NCBI GenBank assembly: GCA_973895155.1
Contig: OZ316896.1
Span: 10,055,525 to 10,119,524, forward strand
Reading direction: 5' to 3'
DNA length: 64,000 nt
DNA from: Marsupella aquatica
Lineage: Eukaryota; Plantae; Marchantiophyta
The position numbers were made by a program, and so were the translations under genes. Of this stretch, positions 1-11,834 are shown piece after piece; positions within the stretch are counted from its first letter, which is position 1, and each line of letters starts with the position of its first letter. The notes under the pieces are model-generated. The model made no database searches. It saw nothing but the letters and a program-made list of their open reading frames with translations, and had not been told where the DNA came from.

Positions 1-1520
1 GCAAAACTTGTTGCATCAGGAATTTCACGCTCATCACCAAATGGCATGTCAAAGGAGGAGAATAGAAGTGGGTCAAACCTCATCTCATGCCCCATGGGAA
101 GAAACTTTGTATGCCCAATATAAACAATCTTTCTAATCCATGAACAATATGTGGCCATGTCCTCTAAGCTTGGGCCACAAGTAGAGCAAGCTTTGTACCC
201 CTGAGTTTGCAATCCAGAGACAAAACCAAACCCTGCTTACATAGAAGAAATTAAACCATGCAAACTTTATGTTAGGGTTGTCACATGAGAAACATCAATA
301 GGAACTACACATTATTGAAGGGTTGCAAATGGCATGGAAGTCATCTTACCAGGATAGTCATGCATTGTCCAACAAATGATCCCTCTCAATTGAAAGACAC
401 GTGGAAAACCTCCTGTAATTTTCCTGCCATCATATGCCCACACTCCATTCCATAATTTTTGAAGTTCTCCAACCAATAGTGCCAAGTAAGTGTCAAAGTT
501 CTTCACCTTTTTTGGACCTGGGATAATCAAAGACAATAAAAGGAACCCCTTCTTCATGGATAGCCATGGTGGGAGGTTATAATTCATGACAACCACAGGC
601 CAAACTGATGTAGGTTGCCCCTTTCCTCCAAGTGAATGAGGGCTAACTCCATTAGATGTCAATCCTAGCCTCACATGGCGAGGATCATGTGCAAAGTCTG
701 GCCATGTTGCCTCAATATGTTTGTGAGCAGGGGAGTCAACTGGCAACCGCATGACACCAGACTCTGATCGATGAGTCTTATGCCATACCATCAACTCTGC
801 CAAGTCAGAACACCGATACATGTGCAACAACCGAGGAATGATGGGAAACCAACGAACAGCCTTCCTTGGCACCTTCTTTGTTAGCATGTTGGGGTCATAG
901 CGAGGCTCATCACATGTTGTACATTGTGTCATGTTTGCATTGGCCCCATGAAATAACATGCAATCATTCACACATGCATGAACAATATGATATTCCATGC
1001 CAATAGATGAGAGAACACTCTTTGCCTCCTTCCAAGTTGCTGGCAACACATTCTCAGTGGGCAACATAAGGTCATGGCAAAGTGCAAACATATCAGATAA
1101 CAAGGCATTGCTTGCCTTGTGTTTGGCCTGTAGGTTCATCAACCCCAAGATGGCTGAAAGATGACTCAAACGAGCACCCTCATAGATAGGTGTTCGGGCA
1201 TGTTCCTCTGCTTCTTCCCATTGGCGTTGTCCCTCAGGGGTATGCCTTGGGCGTGGATCATTGGGGGGCACCTGCCCTTCATTGGGAAGGTCATCACCAA
1301 GGTTGTCGGCACCAAACCAATCAACCATAAAGTCATCCATGGCTCTATCCTGGTCATCAGTTACTTGTTCATCCGTCCAAGGTACCTCTTCATCAGGGTT
1401 ACTGCTTCCACTAGCACTTGATGAGGAGTGTGACTCTGATCCATGTCCTTCTTCTGGCATACCCATTTCTCGATATGTTGCTCTCAATCTCCGTGGTAAC
1501 ATATTTGGAGAGGGTCGCAC
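1..1520 (-). CDS. CACTA TnpD-like transposase (Transposase_21 type), continuing past window edge; intron 233-349
   Basis: Motifs HACVNDCMLF, CxxCxEPRY, WFPIIPRL, DPRHVRLGL, YNLPPW, LIIPGP, DYPG; GT-AG intron then GFGFVSGLQTQGYKACSTC. Confidence 0.9.
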
Positions 1521-1699
1521 ATTCTAAAAACAAAGCAAACAATTGAAAGTTATATTGCAAAGAGAACACACACAAAAATGGGCTAGGGGTGTGCAAAAAT
1601 GAAATAATATTGGTTGTGGTGCAAATACAAAATGTGGCCAAAGGCCATATGTAGTGCCCTTTGATATGCAACATACCACCTATGACCCTTAACTTAACC

Positions 1700-2516
1700 C
1701 TAATCCCACTCATAGTGAGTAAATAACTCATCCCCTGAGTTAATGGTCCTTGTTGCTACAACTAGGCAATGGTCATGATGATATGTCTGGCCATAAGGTG
1801 CTGGCGGAGGACCCTCAATGAAAACCCACTCACAATTTTGCCTACGCTTAGGGCGAGTCCCCACAGTACTGTTTATGAAACCAGCAATATTCCCAGTCCG
1901 TATGGGGTCCCCATCTATGACACGCTACTCACTATACCTTCTAGTGTTTCCATCAAAAGTATCCATGTCCAATGCATAAGTCTTCCACTCAGGGTGTTGT
2001 GCAAGGATCATGTTCCAATGTCTTCTCTTGTAGATGGGTCCACCATAAGGAAACAAAGTAGGCCCCTCTCGGCCGCGTCCACCTCTACCACTCTCGGCAT
2101 CCACAATGATGTCCTCACAGGCAAAAACTCCATAGCCATGTCTATCCCCAAGTGTGGAAGGTTTGATAACCCAACGTCTACCCCAAACCTCTACCTCCGC
2201 ACCGTAGGAAAGCTGTTGTGGCAAACCAAGAGTCTCAGGATCCCAGTCCTTGATGATAGGGACACATCTGCCAATGAACTCACAATCACCCCACCGACCC
2301 GTAACCACTGCCTTGTACAAATCAGTATCCCCTCGGGCCAGCCTCTTGGAACGCTTTCTCCCTCTTGGGACAATAGCCTCAACCCCAACTTCCCTAGGAC
2401 TGGTGGGCCTTGCCGCTAGACCCAAGGCTTTTGAGAATGCATTGCCTATAGCATCTAGAACACCTTGTGATGGGACATAGGGTGCTTGTGCCGCAGGTCT
2501 AGGCCTATTGGATACC
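1700..2516 (-). pseudogene. SET-domain protein (lysine methyltransferase-like) carried by the CACTA; one in-frame stop at 1925-1927
   Basis: Reading through the TAG gives GYGVFACEDI...YGG...IDGDPIRTGNIAGFINS...NC...VVATRTINSGDELFTHY, the ordered SET motifs. Confidence 0.8.
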
Positions 2517-3799
2517 TATTCCACCGAAACCAAAACAAACAAAAGTAGGTGTGAAATTGCAAACCTTAAACCATTGAGTAATGGGAATAGGGTAGGAAAA
2601 CTAAGGCATAACACTTACCATATGAGATGAAGAAGCCCCTGCCGTATGACGTCATCTCAATATTGGGCACATATGTAAGATTTTTGGGAAACCTGACCCA
2701 CACATCTGGAACATTCACAAAGTTGACGGGGTGGACCGCGAGGAGGAGGTGCGGTCGTGTGATGTTGAGGTGGAGGTGGTGTATCTTCATCAGAGGAGGA
2801 CGAGTCTGTGGTGGAGATTTCAGAAGATGAAGACATATCCCCTGTAACAAGATATAATTAAAATGGGCATGTTATGACCAAAACATACCACAAAATGATA
2901 TAAATCAAAGTTCCCAAATAATGATGACAAGAAACCCAAACCAAAATGACCATAGCAATAAAAAAGGTACCTTTATGAGACCCGGGCTCAGTAGTGCCAA
3001 TAGCTCTTGTGGCTCTAAGATAATTAATGAACCCAATCTGAAAGTATGAGGGAAAAGCTGCAACCATTCCATGTATATGTAAGCACAATAATCTGGACCA
3101 GACAAGAACAAAAAACCCTATATACATGTCCCCTTTATACATAGTGGCAACCAAAAGTGTTAAGTACATGAAAGGAACACTTTAGCCGATCATGCAATGT
3201 TTACCTTTCAGATGCCCGGGCTCTCACAATGCATATGCATTAGTATCAAATCATCAAAAAGTGCCGCACCCTGCAAGCTATCATATATTCCCCTCCTTTG
3301 TTAGCAAAACCCATGCCAATCCCCTTTTGATTCATAAACCCAATGAACCTCTCTTAAACCCAAAAGGCTGCAATATAAATCTCATGAAACCTTGCTTTGT
3401 CTTATCCAAACCTTCAACCCCAAACCGCATCCTACCTATTAAACCTAAATCTGACTTACACACAAACCCAAACCTTTCTTCAACCCTAGAGACCTTTCTA
3501 TTTAAAAACCCCAAACCCTAAAACCCTAAACCCAAACCTTACTTATTTCTTGTAAACCAAATCCCACACCTTTATTATTTCTTCTAAACTAATGTAAACC
3601 CAAACCTTAGCTTAAACCAACACCATACATAACCCATTAACCTGAAATCTGCCTAACCCTTCAAACCCGCCTTCAACTATTATCTAACACCCAAAACATG
3701 GCCAAAAAGCATTCCAAATATGAGTATAGAGGGGTCCACTTCACCTTTGAAAAAAACCCTTTCAAATGAAACCAACATTCCCCCAGGATGAGTTGCCAA

Positions 3800-4025
3800 T
3801 GTCTTGCGAAGCCGCTTCCTTCGCAAATACCATCACAAATTAGAATTGAAGTTTGCGAAGCTACTGCTTTCGCAAGACCTTCAGAAAAACAGAGCCCGAG
3901 AGCATTTCTGCGAGAGAGCGAAGGTGTTGCGAAGCCTTTCACGTCGCAATGGTTTCGCAAAATTGAGAAACTATATGCGAAACAAGAAGAATCGCAACTT
4001 GCGAAACGGGTTGCTTCGCAAGTCT
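3800..4025. repeat. TTCGCA/TGCGAA motif array between the divergent CACTA genes
   Basis: Many hexamer copies in both orientations; same motif at 5330-5495 and 6360-6765. Confidence 0.75.
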
Positions 4026-4135
4026 TTCCCGCTTGTACTTTTGCACTCGGCCGCGGCGTACTCAGCGGCATTTGACAAATTTCAAGCGTAGGGAGGGAGA
4101 AGGGAGCTCGCGCGCGCTCGGGGGGTGGCTTGGCT

Positions 4136-6106
4136 ATGGATTCTAGTGGAGCAAATGGAGGTGATAGGGCAGGGGTGAGTGAGAGTGGCAATGGGAATGA
4201 AGGCAATGGGGAGCATGAGAGGAATCGATGGACCAATTTGATGGCTGAGCACCTCAATGCAGCACAGTTGAGCCACTTAGATTTGACTACACCAACAGGG
4301 ATTGCTTCTTTGAGTGCAATCCTTGGGCAAGCCTTGCAAACGGGAGTAGATGCAGGGAACATTGCAAGGGAGGAGGAGCAAAGGAGTGCAGCTCAACAGA
4401 AGGCAAGAGAGAAGAAGCGTAAGAAGGAGGAGAGGGCCAAGGCAGGAGTAGTCTCACCTGTTGCCCTAGAAAAGAAGAGGAGGAGAGAGGAACGAGATGA
4501 GATAAGAGCACAACGAGAGGAGCAGCGAAAGAAGGAGGAAGAGAGGAAGAAGCTGCCTATGATTGCCTTGATCGAAGGCATTCCTACTGAACTGGCCTAC
4601 ACCGGGGCAAAGAGCACTATCAGGCTTATGGTGCGCTCCAATTTTGCACGAGGAGTTGAGTGGGGGAAACTCAGCAAGGCAGACCAGAAGAAAGTAATGA
4701 GTCAAATCAAAGATTCATTTTGAAATGGAGCAGAGATTGATGAACAGTGGCTTGCAGATAGAATTTCCAATTCAATGTCTCAAGCACGGTACCATGATAG
4801 GAAGAAGGTAACGGCCTACCTGGCAAACTTGGAGGAGTACAGAAATGTGAGGAGGCCACTGCAATTCACTGAGGACGTGTGGAATGCCTTTTACAAAGTG
4901 GAGGTGCAGATGAGAGCTGCCAGGAACCTTCTCTTCTGGAAGGAGATGGAAGCCAAGGCACAGAAGGCCGGGAAGTCCGACCGAGAGCTCAAGGCAATGG
5001 CTGAGAAAGTGTCTCACATGCAGCACATTGTGGATGAAGTGGGTGCACCACCCCAAAAATTCATCCTTGCAGCTGAGCGAGTCAGCAAACGGCCCAAGAC
5101 CACGCACAAGATGGGCCAAGGTGGACTTCCTGGCCTCAAAGCACACTTTGTGAGTGGGCCCTCTCCTCTCCTCCCCTGCTTCTGTTTCCTTGCTTTCAAT
5201 TGCTATCCAAACCTGCAATGCCCCCCCTGCATACCTCTTGTTTCTTTCTTACGGCCTGCCTTGTACTTTAGGTCACCCTGACACATTGCGTGCCTTAGAG
5301 ATTTCTCGGAATTTTTTAAAAACAGAGTTTGCGAAGCTTTTGCGATGCGGGTTGCTTCGCAAATGTTTCGCAAAGTCTATCATGGCATTTTTTAAAGTTG
5401 TAAATGCGAAGCTATTGCGAAATAACTCGCTTCGCAAACTACTTCGCAAACAGCCAATTTATTTGAATTTGCGAAGTGGGGAGTTTCGCAAGTGTGTATT
5501 ATGTTTTAAAAAAACCGCTAAGGGTTATTGAGCCCAGTTTTGTGTTAGGGGGCACCCTATTAGCACCTCCATGCATTTTTCTTGGGTTTATAACATATTA
5601 ACCTCAATCTATTTTGGTTTTGGAATGTTTGGTTGTGGTAGTATAAGAGGTACCGCAGGAAGATAACAGCAAAAGAGATGGAGATAGGAGTTGCGCATGG
5701 AGCCAAACATCTCTTTGACTTGGTTGACGCAGAGTTGGCGACTGTAAGTGCATGTATCCCCTTCAGTTTTTCCCACCCAATCCACTTATCTTTTCATTCC
5801 GTAAACCTAAACCAATTTGGCGTTGTGTTGTGCAAACAGGATGATGAGGATGCCAGTGATACCAGCAGCACCGATGAGAACAATGAGGGGACCACGACAA
5901 AGGGGCCCAAGGTAGGAGGGAGTAGTGGATCTGGACCAGTAGGAGGAGTTTCCCAGCAGGAGGGGGAGGAAGAGGATGAGGACGAGGACGAGGAGGAACC
6001 AGATGTGGAGGAGCAGCCAGCACCACCTCCTGTGCCACGTCCAGATCGTCGCAAGAGGGACAAGGGGAAGAGGCCGGCGACAAGGAGTAGGAGGACCCCA
6101 TTCTAG
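4136..6106 (+). pseudogene. CACTA accessory gene (TnpA/Ptta-like), spliced, one in-frame stop at 4721
   Basis: ORFs 4130 and 4775 are in the same frame across a TGA; KTTHKMGQGG motif; GT-AG introns near 5150-5641 and 5744-5839; acidic tail. Confidence 0.55.
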
Positions 6107-6359
6107 AGCTTGGTGGTGTAGTGCCTATGGGATGCCCATTTACTTAGTGTAGTATATAGTTTTGATATGGGTAGTCTTATAGGGACCTAGCTTGTCATAT
6201 GACACCCATCTAGGGTTTAGGGTTTAGGAAACCCTAATTTTTGTGTACCTATCAATTTTCTATAAAGCAATTTTGATTCAGACCTCATTCTCCGTGTTGG
6301 ACAACAAGACCCCAACCATAATTTAAAACTCTAAATCTAAACCCTAGCCTCAAGACATC

Positions 6360-6765
6360 TTGCGAAACCTATGCGAACAACCCAATTCGCATATTTACCA
6401 TATTGAAGGTATCGCAAACATTATGCAAACCACATACGTTCACAAAAATGCGAAGCCATGTTCATGGCATAACTACCATTAACTTAATATCGCAAACCGA
6501 TTACCAAACTTCTGGGATTGCAAATATTTAACTGCTTGATTATTATCGCAAGCCTCTCGCGACGCCCACAGAGTCGCTTAAATGTGAGTCCTTTGCGATT
6601 CTATTAGTGTCGCAAGTTGCGAAGGCGTTGCGAAGGTCTTGCAAAAGACCGGATGCGAACCTTTGGGCTTCGCAGTTTGCGATTCTATTGCGATGCGCGA
6701 TACTTCGCAAAGGCGAGTTTTGTTTTTTGATTTCCTTTGTTGTTTGCGATGCTTTCAAGTTCGCA
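6360..6765. repeat. CACTA subterminal repeat array (TTCGCA/TGCGAA)
   Basis: Dense copies adjacent to the TIR-like end. Confidence 0.75.
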
Positions 6766-6789
6766 AAAGGTGTGGGTAGTGTTGTAGTA

Positions 6790-9700
6790 AAAGTTCAATC
6801 AGCTTCCTGAGATTGGTTCTGAAGTTATCAAGGTACAGAAGGCTACTTTACTTATCCGAGCTGCTGATGAGAAGCTTCAAGACGAGTTGGAGCTTGCTCT
6901 GGAATTGATGAACCCAAGTCGTGGAGCCAGTCCACCAACTTGGGAGGAGATTGAGATTGCTGTGCTTAGGGTCAGCCAAAAGCATAGAAGAAAGAAGCTG
7001 AGTCATGAAGGTGCTCTACATGCGGTTGCACCTGTGACTTTTATGAGGAGAATGGAGAAAATAGAGTCAACAACTAGTAGGGGTGAGAAAAGCATGGACA
7101 AAATGGATGAGTTGTCTGAACTCATGAAAAATCTTACCATTCTTGCCACCCAAGCCTTCGAGCAGATGGGAGGAGGTGCATCAAGACCAGCGTCAAGAGG
7201 TGGTCCAGGAGCCGGGAGTTCCATTGGCGGAGCAAGGAGTTGGAATTGTATTTGGTGTGATAGTAAGGAGCACTCAAGGCGTGAATGTGGGGAGCTTTCT
7301 GTTGCTCTGAGAGAGAGAATAGTCAAGTTCATTGATCATGATGGCATAAGAAAGCTTGCTTATCATGGTTCAGGAGAGCTTATTCCAGTAAACACAAACA
7401 AGGGCGGTATGAAGGTGTTGGTGGAGAGAAGAATGACTGAACATCATACTTCAGCCATTGCAGCAGCTTTTGGAGATCAGGATGAGCATGAAGCAGATGT
7501 TTACACCCTCTTTGGAAGTTCTTCGTCAACAGAGACAGACAAGAAGAGACTAGCAGAGTTTGTAAGGAGGAAGTCAGGTTGGAGTGATCCAGTGTTGATC
7601 TCTTCTTTCACTGCAGAAGTGGGATCTCTATGGGATTCTATGGTAGAGGAGAAACGAAAGTCGTCGGAACCTTTGGAAGAACGTGCCAAAGGAAAACAAA
7701 AGGTTGAGCCTGGACCCTCTATTTTGCAGCCATCATCAAGAGTCCCAACAAGGAGGAGTGTTCCATTTGAAGATAGAGGAAGTACAACAAAGGAGCCTAC
7801 TTCGACTCCTTCATCCTCAAAGGAGATGGAAGTGGTAAAAAAAGAGAAGGTGGAAAAGAAAGGACCTGGTTGGGTCCTTGGAAGAGATGTTGAGCAGCAC
7901 ATTGCGTATGATCAAGTTGCTGAGAAGTTTTGGAAAGCAGAGGTGAGCGGAGTCACCAATGAGGAGTTTTTTGCTTGCATGAACTCCAAGGCTCAAGATG
8001 CATTACTTGTAAAGGTGAAACAAAAACGATTTTACAAGGAAGGACCTCATGCCTTGGGAATGGAGGTTTTTTTCTGATGTTGATGAAGATGGAGAAGGTT
8101 CAATTGTTTCTCAAGCTAGTGTGGAGTGTGAAGTGTATCAAGTGAATGCGGAGAAGATCCCTAGACCACAGATGCTAGGGTCTTCAACAAAGGAAGTTCC
8201 TGAACCAAAGATGTCAGGAGTTGAGGTATTGGAGAGGTGGAAACCATTGGCGAAAGCAACAACAGGATTTGCAGTGACCCAGGATATGGCAAAAATTAGT
8301 CGTGAAGAGGTGCTCAAGGCCTCACAAAGTGTGTGGGTCATTGTGCTTCAGCTATGAAGAATCCTGATTCAGGAGACAACAAGGAGTCCATCTTGGAGCC
8401 GTTTTGGGCAAGAACTTGCTCAGTTGTGGAGGTAGAGCTTGTAGGAATGGAGGGCAAAGCTTGAGCATTGATTGACACAAGATCTGAGGTGAATCTAATG
8501 TCAAGAAGCATCTATGATCTTGGACAATGGATGATTGATTGTGATACTCAATGGTTTGTCAACTCAATCAATCGTTCAAAGAATATGCTTTGGGGAGGAT
8601 GCCCTGGAGTATCAGTGAAAGTTGGTTATGTGATAGAACCAACTAACATCTTTGTGCATGATAGCTTGCCCTATGATCTCATTCTAGGGCAGCCTTACAT
8701 CACTCAAGCTCGAATGGAGTACAAGGTCCTACCAGATGACACTCATATGGCAAAGGTAAGGAGTCGGGATGAATTGCGGGTTATCCAATTTCCTGTAGTG
8801 AAACCTGGACATTGGAGGAATTGGAGGGAGTTGAGAGGACCTGAACCCAAGGAGGGAAATGAGGATTTCCGGAAGGCGTCTCGTTAAGCAATGCGGGAAG
8901 GCGGGGCGCCATTGCCAATGACCCGCTGGTGACTTGGAATGTGAATAGTTTGTTGGCAAGCTCATTTGAAGGTGAAAGCTTGCATTGTCGAATTTCTTAT
9001 GTGAAAGTGTGTGAAGCTACTAAAAAATTCAAAAAGAAAATTGCAAGGATTGAGGATACTATGCAAATACATGGATTGCTAGAGGAAAGTGAAGAGATTG
9101 AAGGCCTTCTAGATGAAGAAGGAGTAGAAGTGTCTTTGAAAGAAATAATTGAAGGTCTTTCAGAGGGGAAAGCTCATATGGAAATCAATCATGAGCTGTA
9201 TGGCGAGTTGTTTCAATTTGTTGAGGTCAACACCAAGTACAAAACAGTGGAGAAGAAAGTGAGACCAGCAACAATTCCTTTACCTTTGGATGCTAGGGAG
9301 ATTTTGGAGAAGGTAGGTAAAGAGACCATTCTTAGAGATCGGACTAAGATTGGCCACAAATTTACGAAGAAGACCCTTAATCAACTAAGGATTGGTGATG
9401 ATGGGTTGCTGACAAAAGAAGAGAGAGAAGAGTTTCAGCAAATGATTGGTGAGCATGGTAAGGCTTTTGCCTTTTGTCCTGAAGAGATGGGATGTGTGGA
9501 TCCTAGTGTTGTTACTTCTATGGTAATTTTTACTGTCCCGCATGTTCCTTGGACTTGAAACCCATTCCAGTGCCCAAGGCTTTGTTACCTAAATTTATTG
9601 ATCTATTAAAGGAGAAGCTTTCCACTAGGATTTTGGAAAGAACAGATGCACCTTATTCTAATCGTTGGTTTACCATTCGTAAGAAAAATGGTAAACTTAG

Positions 9701-11206
9701 ATTTATTCAGGACATGCAACCACCTAACAAGGTTACTATTCGCAATACTAGAATAGGACCTATAGTAGATGAGTTTGCGGAAGAATTTGCTGGTAGAGCC
9801 ATCTATTCATGTGGTGACCTCTATTCAGGCTATGATCAATTTCAGTTGGCTCAGAGTAGTAGAGATATCACCACTATGAGGACACCTTTGGGGCTACTTC
9901 GCATGTGTACCTTGCCTCAAGGGGCAACCAACTCGGTGGCTCACATGCAGAATGCCATGAATAAGGTATTACACCGTTTCATTCCAGAGAAGACACAACC
10001 ATTCCTTGATGATATGCCAATCAAGGGATGCTTGGAGGCAAAGAAAGATGAGACTATACATGAAGATGGCTTGCGACAATTTGTATGGGAGCACATTCAA
10101 GATGTGAAAGCAATCTTGAAGAGGTTGATTGAGGTTGGGCTCACTCTTTCTGGTGAGAAATCTTCATTTGGGCTTCGTGAAGTCCTAATTGTAGGACAAA
10201 TTTGTAGAGTTGATGGGAGGAAGCCAAATGGAGGAAAGGTAGATGCAATCAATCAGATGAAAGATTGTAGGACAATTTCGGAGGTGCAAAGGTTCCTTGG
10301 CGCTTGCTTGTTCTATAGGATCTGGATTCCTCACTTTGCACATATTGCTGATCCTTTGTACGGATTATTGAGGAAGAATGTGCACTTTGTTTGGACAGAG
10401 GCACATAAGGAGGCTATGCAAAAGTTAAAGGAGACCTTACTTAGCCCCCTTGTTTTACGTCCCTTATGCTATGATGGAAGACCCATCATTGTCATTGTAG
10501 ATTCAAGTCTTGATGCTGCTGGATGGGCGGTAGGGCAGGATGATGAGAAGGGGAGAAGATTTGCAGCAAGGTTTGGAGCTAAGATCTTTTCAGCAAGGCA
10601 AAGGCATTACCCTCAAATCAAGTGAGAGTTGTGGGGAGCAAGGATAGTCTTGTGTCAAGAAAAAGTCTACTTGATTGGAGCACAAGTCATTCTTGAGACT
10701 GATTGTTTACCACTTTTAGGGATGATTGCTAACTGTGATACTCCAAACATTGCTATGCTACGTTGGATAGCTTTTATTAGGATGATCAACCCCAAGCTTT
10801 GACACATTGCTGGAAAAGATAATCCAGTAGCAGATATGCTTTCAAGTGCCCGCTATGATCAGAATGAAGAGGAGGCAGTTCAAGTGATGAATGGAGAGTT
10901 TGAGGTCTTAACATTTCGAGAGGAGCTCTATTCTGAAGAGTTGCTCTTGATTGGAAGGTACCTTAGTACTCTTCAAAGGCCTGTTGAAATGATAGAAGAG
11001 AAGTTTCAACAATTACGAAAGAAGGCTTACAAGTTCATGCTCAAGGATGGTGTTTTATGGAGAAGGTCTTTGAAGAAAGGACATGTTCCTTGTAGAGTTC
11101 TTGATACAGATGAAGAGAAGAAGAGAGTCTTATGGGATTCTCATGATGCTGTTGAAGCAGGACATCGAGGAGTTAGAGCTACCTATGAGCGGGTTCAAAG
11201 GTGGTA
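6790..11206 (+). pseudogene. gypsy gag-pol, 5' portion (gag, protease, RT, RNase H, start of integrase)
   Basis: CIWCDSKEHSRREC knuckle; LIDTRSEVNLM protease; DLYSGYDQF, LPQGATNS, FLDD in RT; HRGVRATY; several stops and frameshifts. Confidence 0.92.
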
Positions 11207-11644
11207 TGTTGAGCATAGACGATGATCGCAACGACAAGCCCATGAACCATCCAATGCACAATAGTCGACACAAGAGATACGTGGTTCACCTCCTTGAGGC
11301 TACGTCCACGGGAACACACAAGAGAGCTTTACTAAACTCTAAGCCCGTCGGCTATACCGAGTCTCCACACTGTAAGCTCTCCCTATCTCTCAAGTGGCTC
11401 CATAACAATGAGCCTTGGTTCTACCTCTCCAAGCACACGTGCCTCTTATGATATAGTGTGCTATTTAGTTAACCTAACCACATTGTTGTACCTAATCACG
11501 TAGTTGTACCTAACCACATTGTTGTACCTAATCACGTAGTTGTACCTAACCACGTAGTTGTACCAAACCATGTTGTTGTACCAACCCACGTTGTTGTACC
11601 AACCACGTCATACCTAACCTAGGCATAAGAGTAAATACCCAACA
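11207..11644 (-). repeat. copia 3' LTR, with 18-bp tandem repeats
   Basis: TG...CA ends; adjacent PPT (ATCTTCCCCTTGAC on + strand); about 12 differences from the other LTR by manual count. Confidence 0.95.
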
Positions 11645-11834
11645 ATCTTCCCCTTGACTCTGGTCTAGGAGAGAGTAATACTGCCAATGTATATGATCCC
11701 TCAACGGGAAGTTCTGGACAAAAACCAAACCGGTTTCCTTCTCTAACTAGAGCAAACCAGAACTAAGCTGTAGCCTTATACATAGGAATGAGGAAGAGCA
11801 TATATCAGTAATTACAATGAATGTTAAGAAAACT

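Larger units (their letters stand above)
1..6789 (-). mobile_element. CACTA (En/Spm) DNA transposon, left end outside window, inserted in gypsy gag
   Basis: TnpD-type transposase; end GGTAGTGTTGTAGTA at 6775-6789 (reverse complement resembles CACTACAACACTACC); dense subterminal TTCGCA/TGCGAA repeats; gypsy gag frame begins immediately after. Confidence 0.8.

Noticed and set aside
1769-2419. 216-aa plus-strand ORF
   Set aside because: Antisense shadow of the SET-domain gene
3500-3540. Telomere-like AAACCCT/TTTAGGG runs (also 6211-6237)
   Set aside because: Only two or three degenerate units inside a transposon; at most telo-box-like motifs
11083-11451. Near-identical ORFs at 11083 and 17308
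   Set aside because: Chance frames within the two copia LTRs
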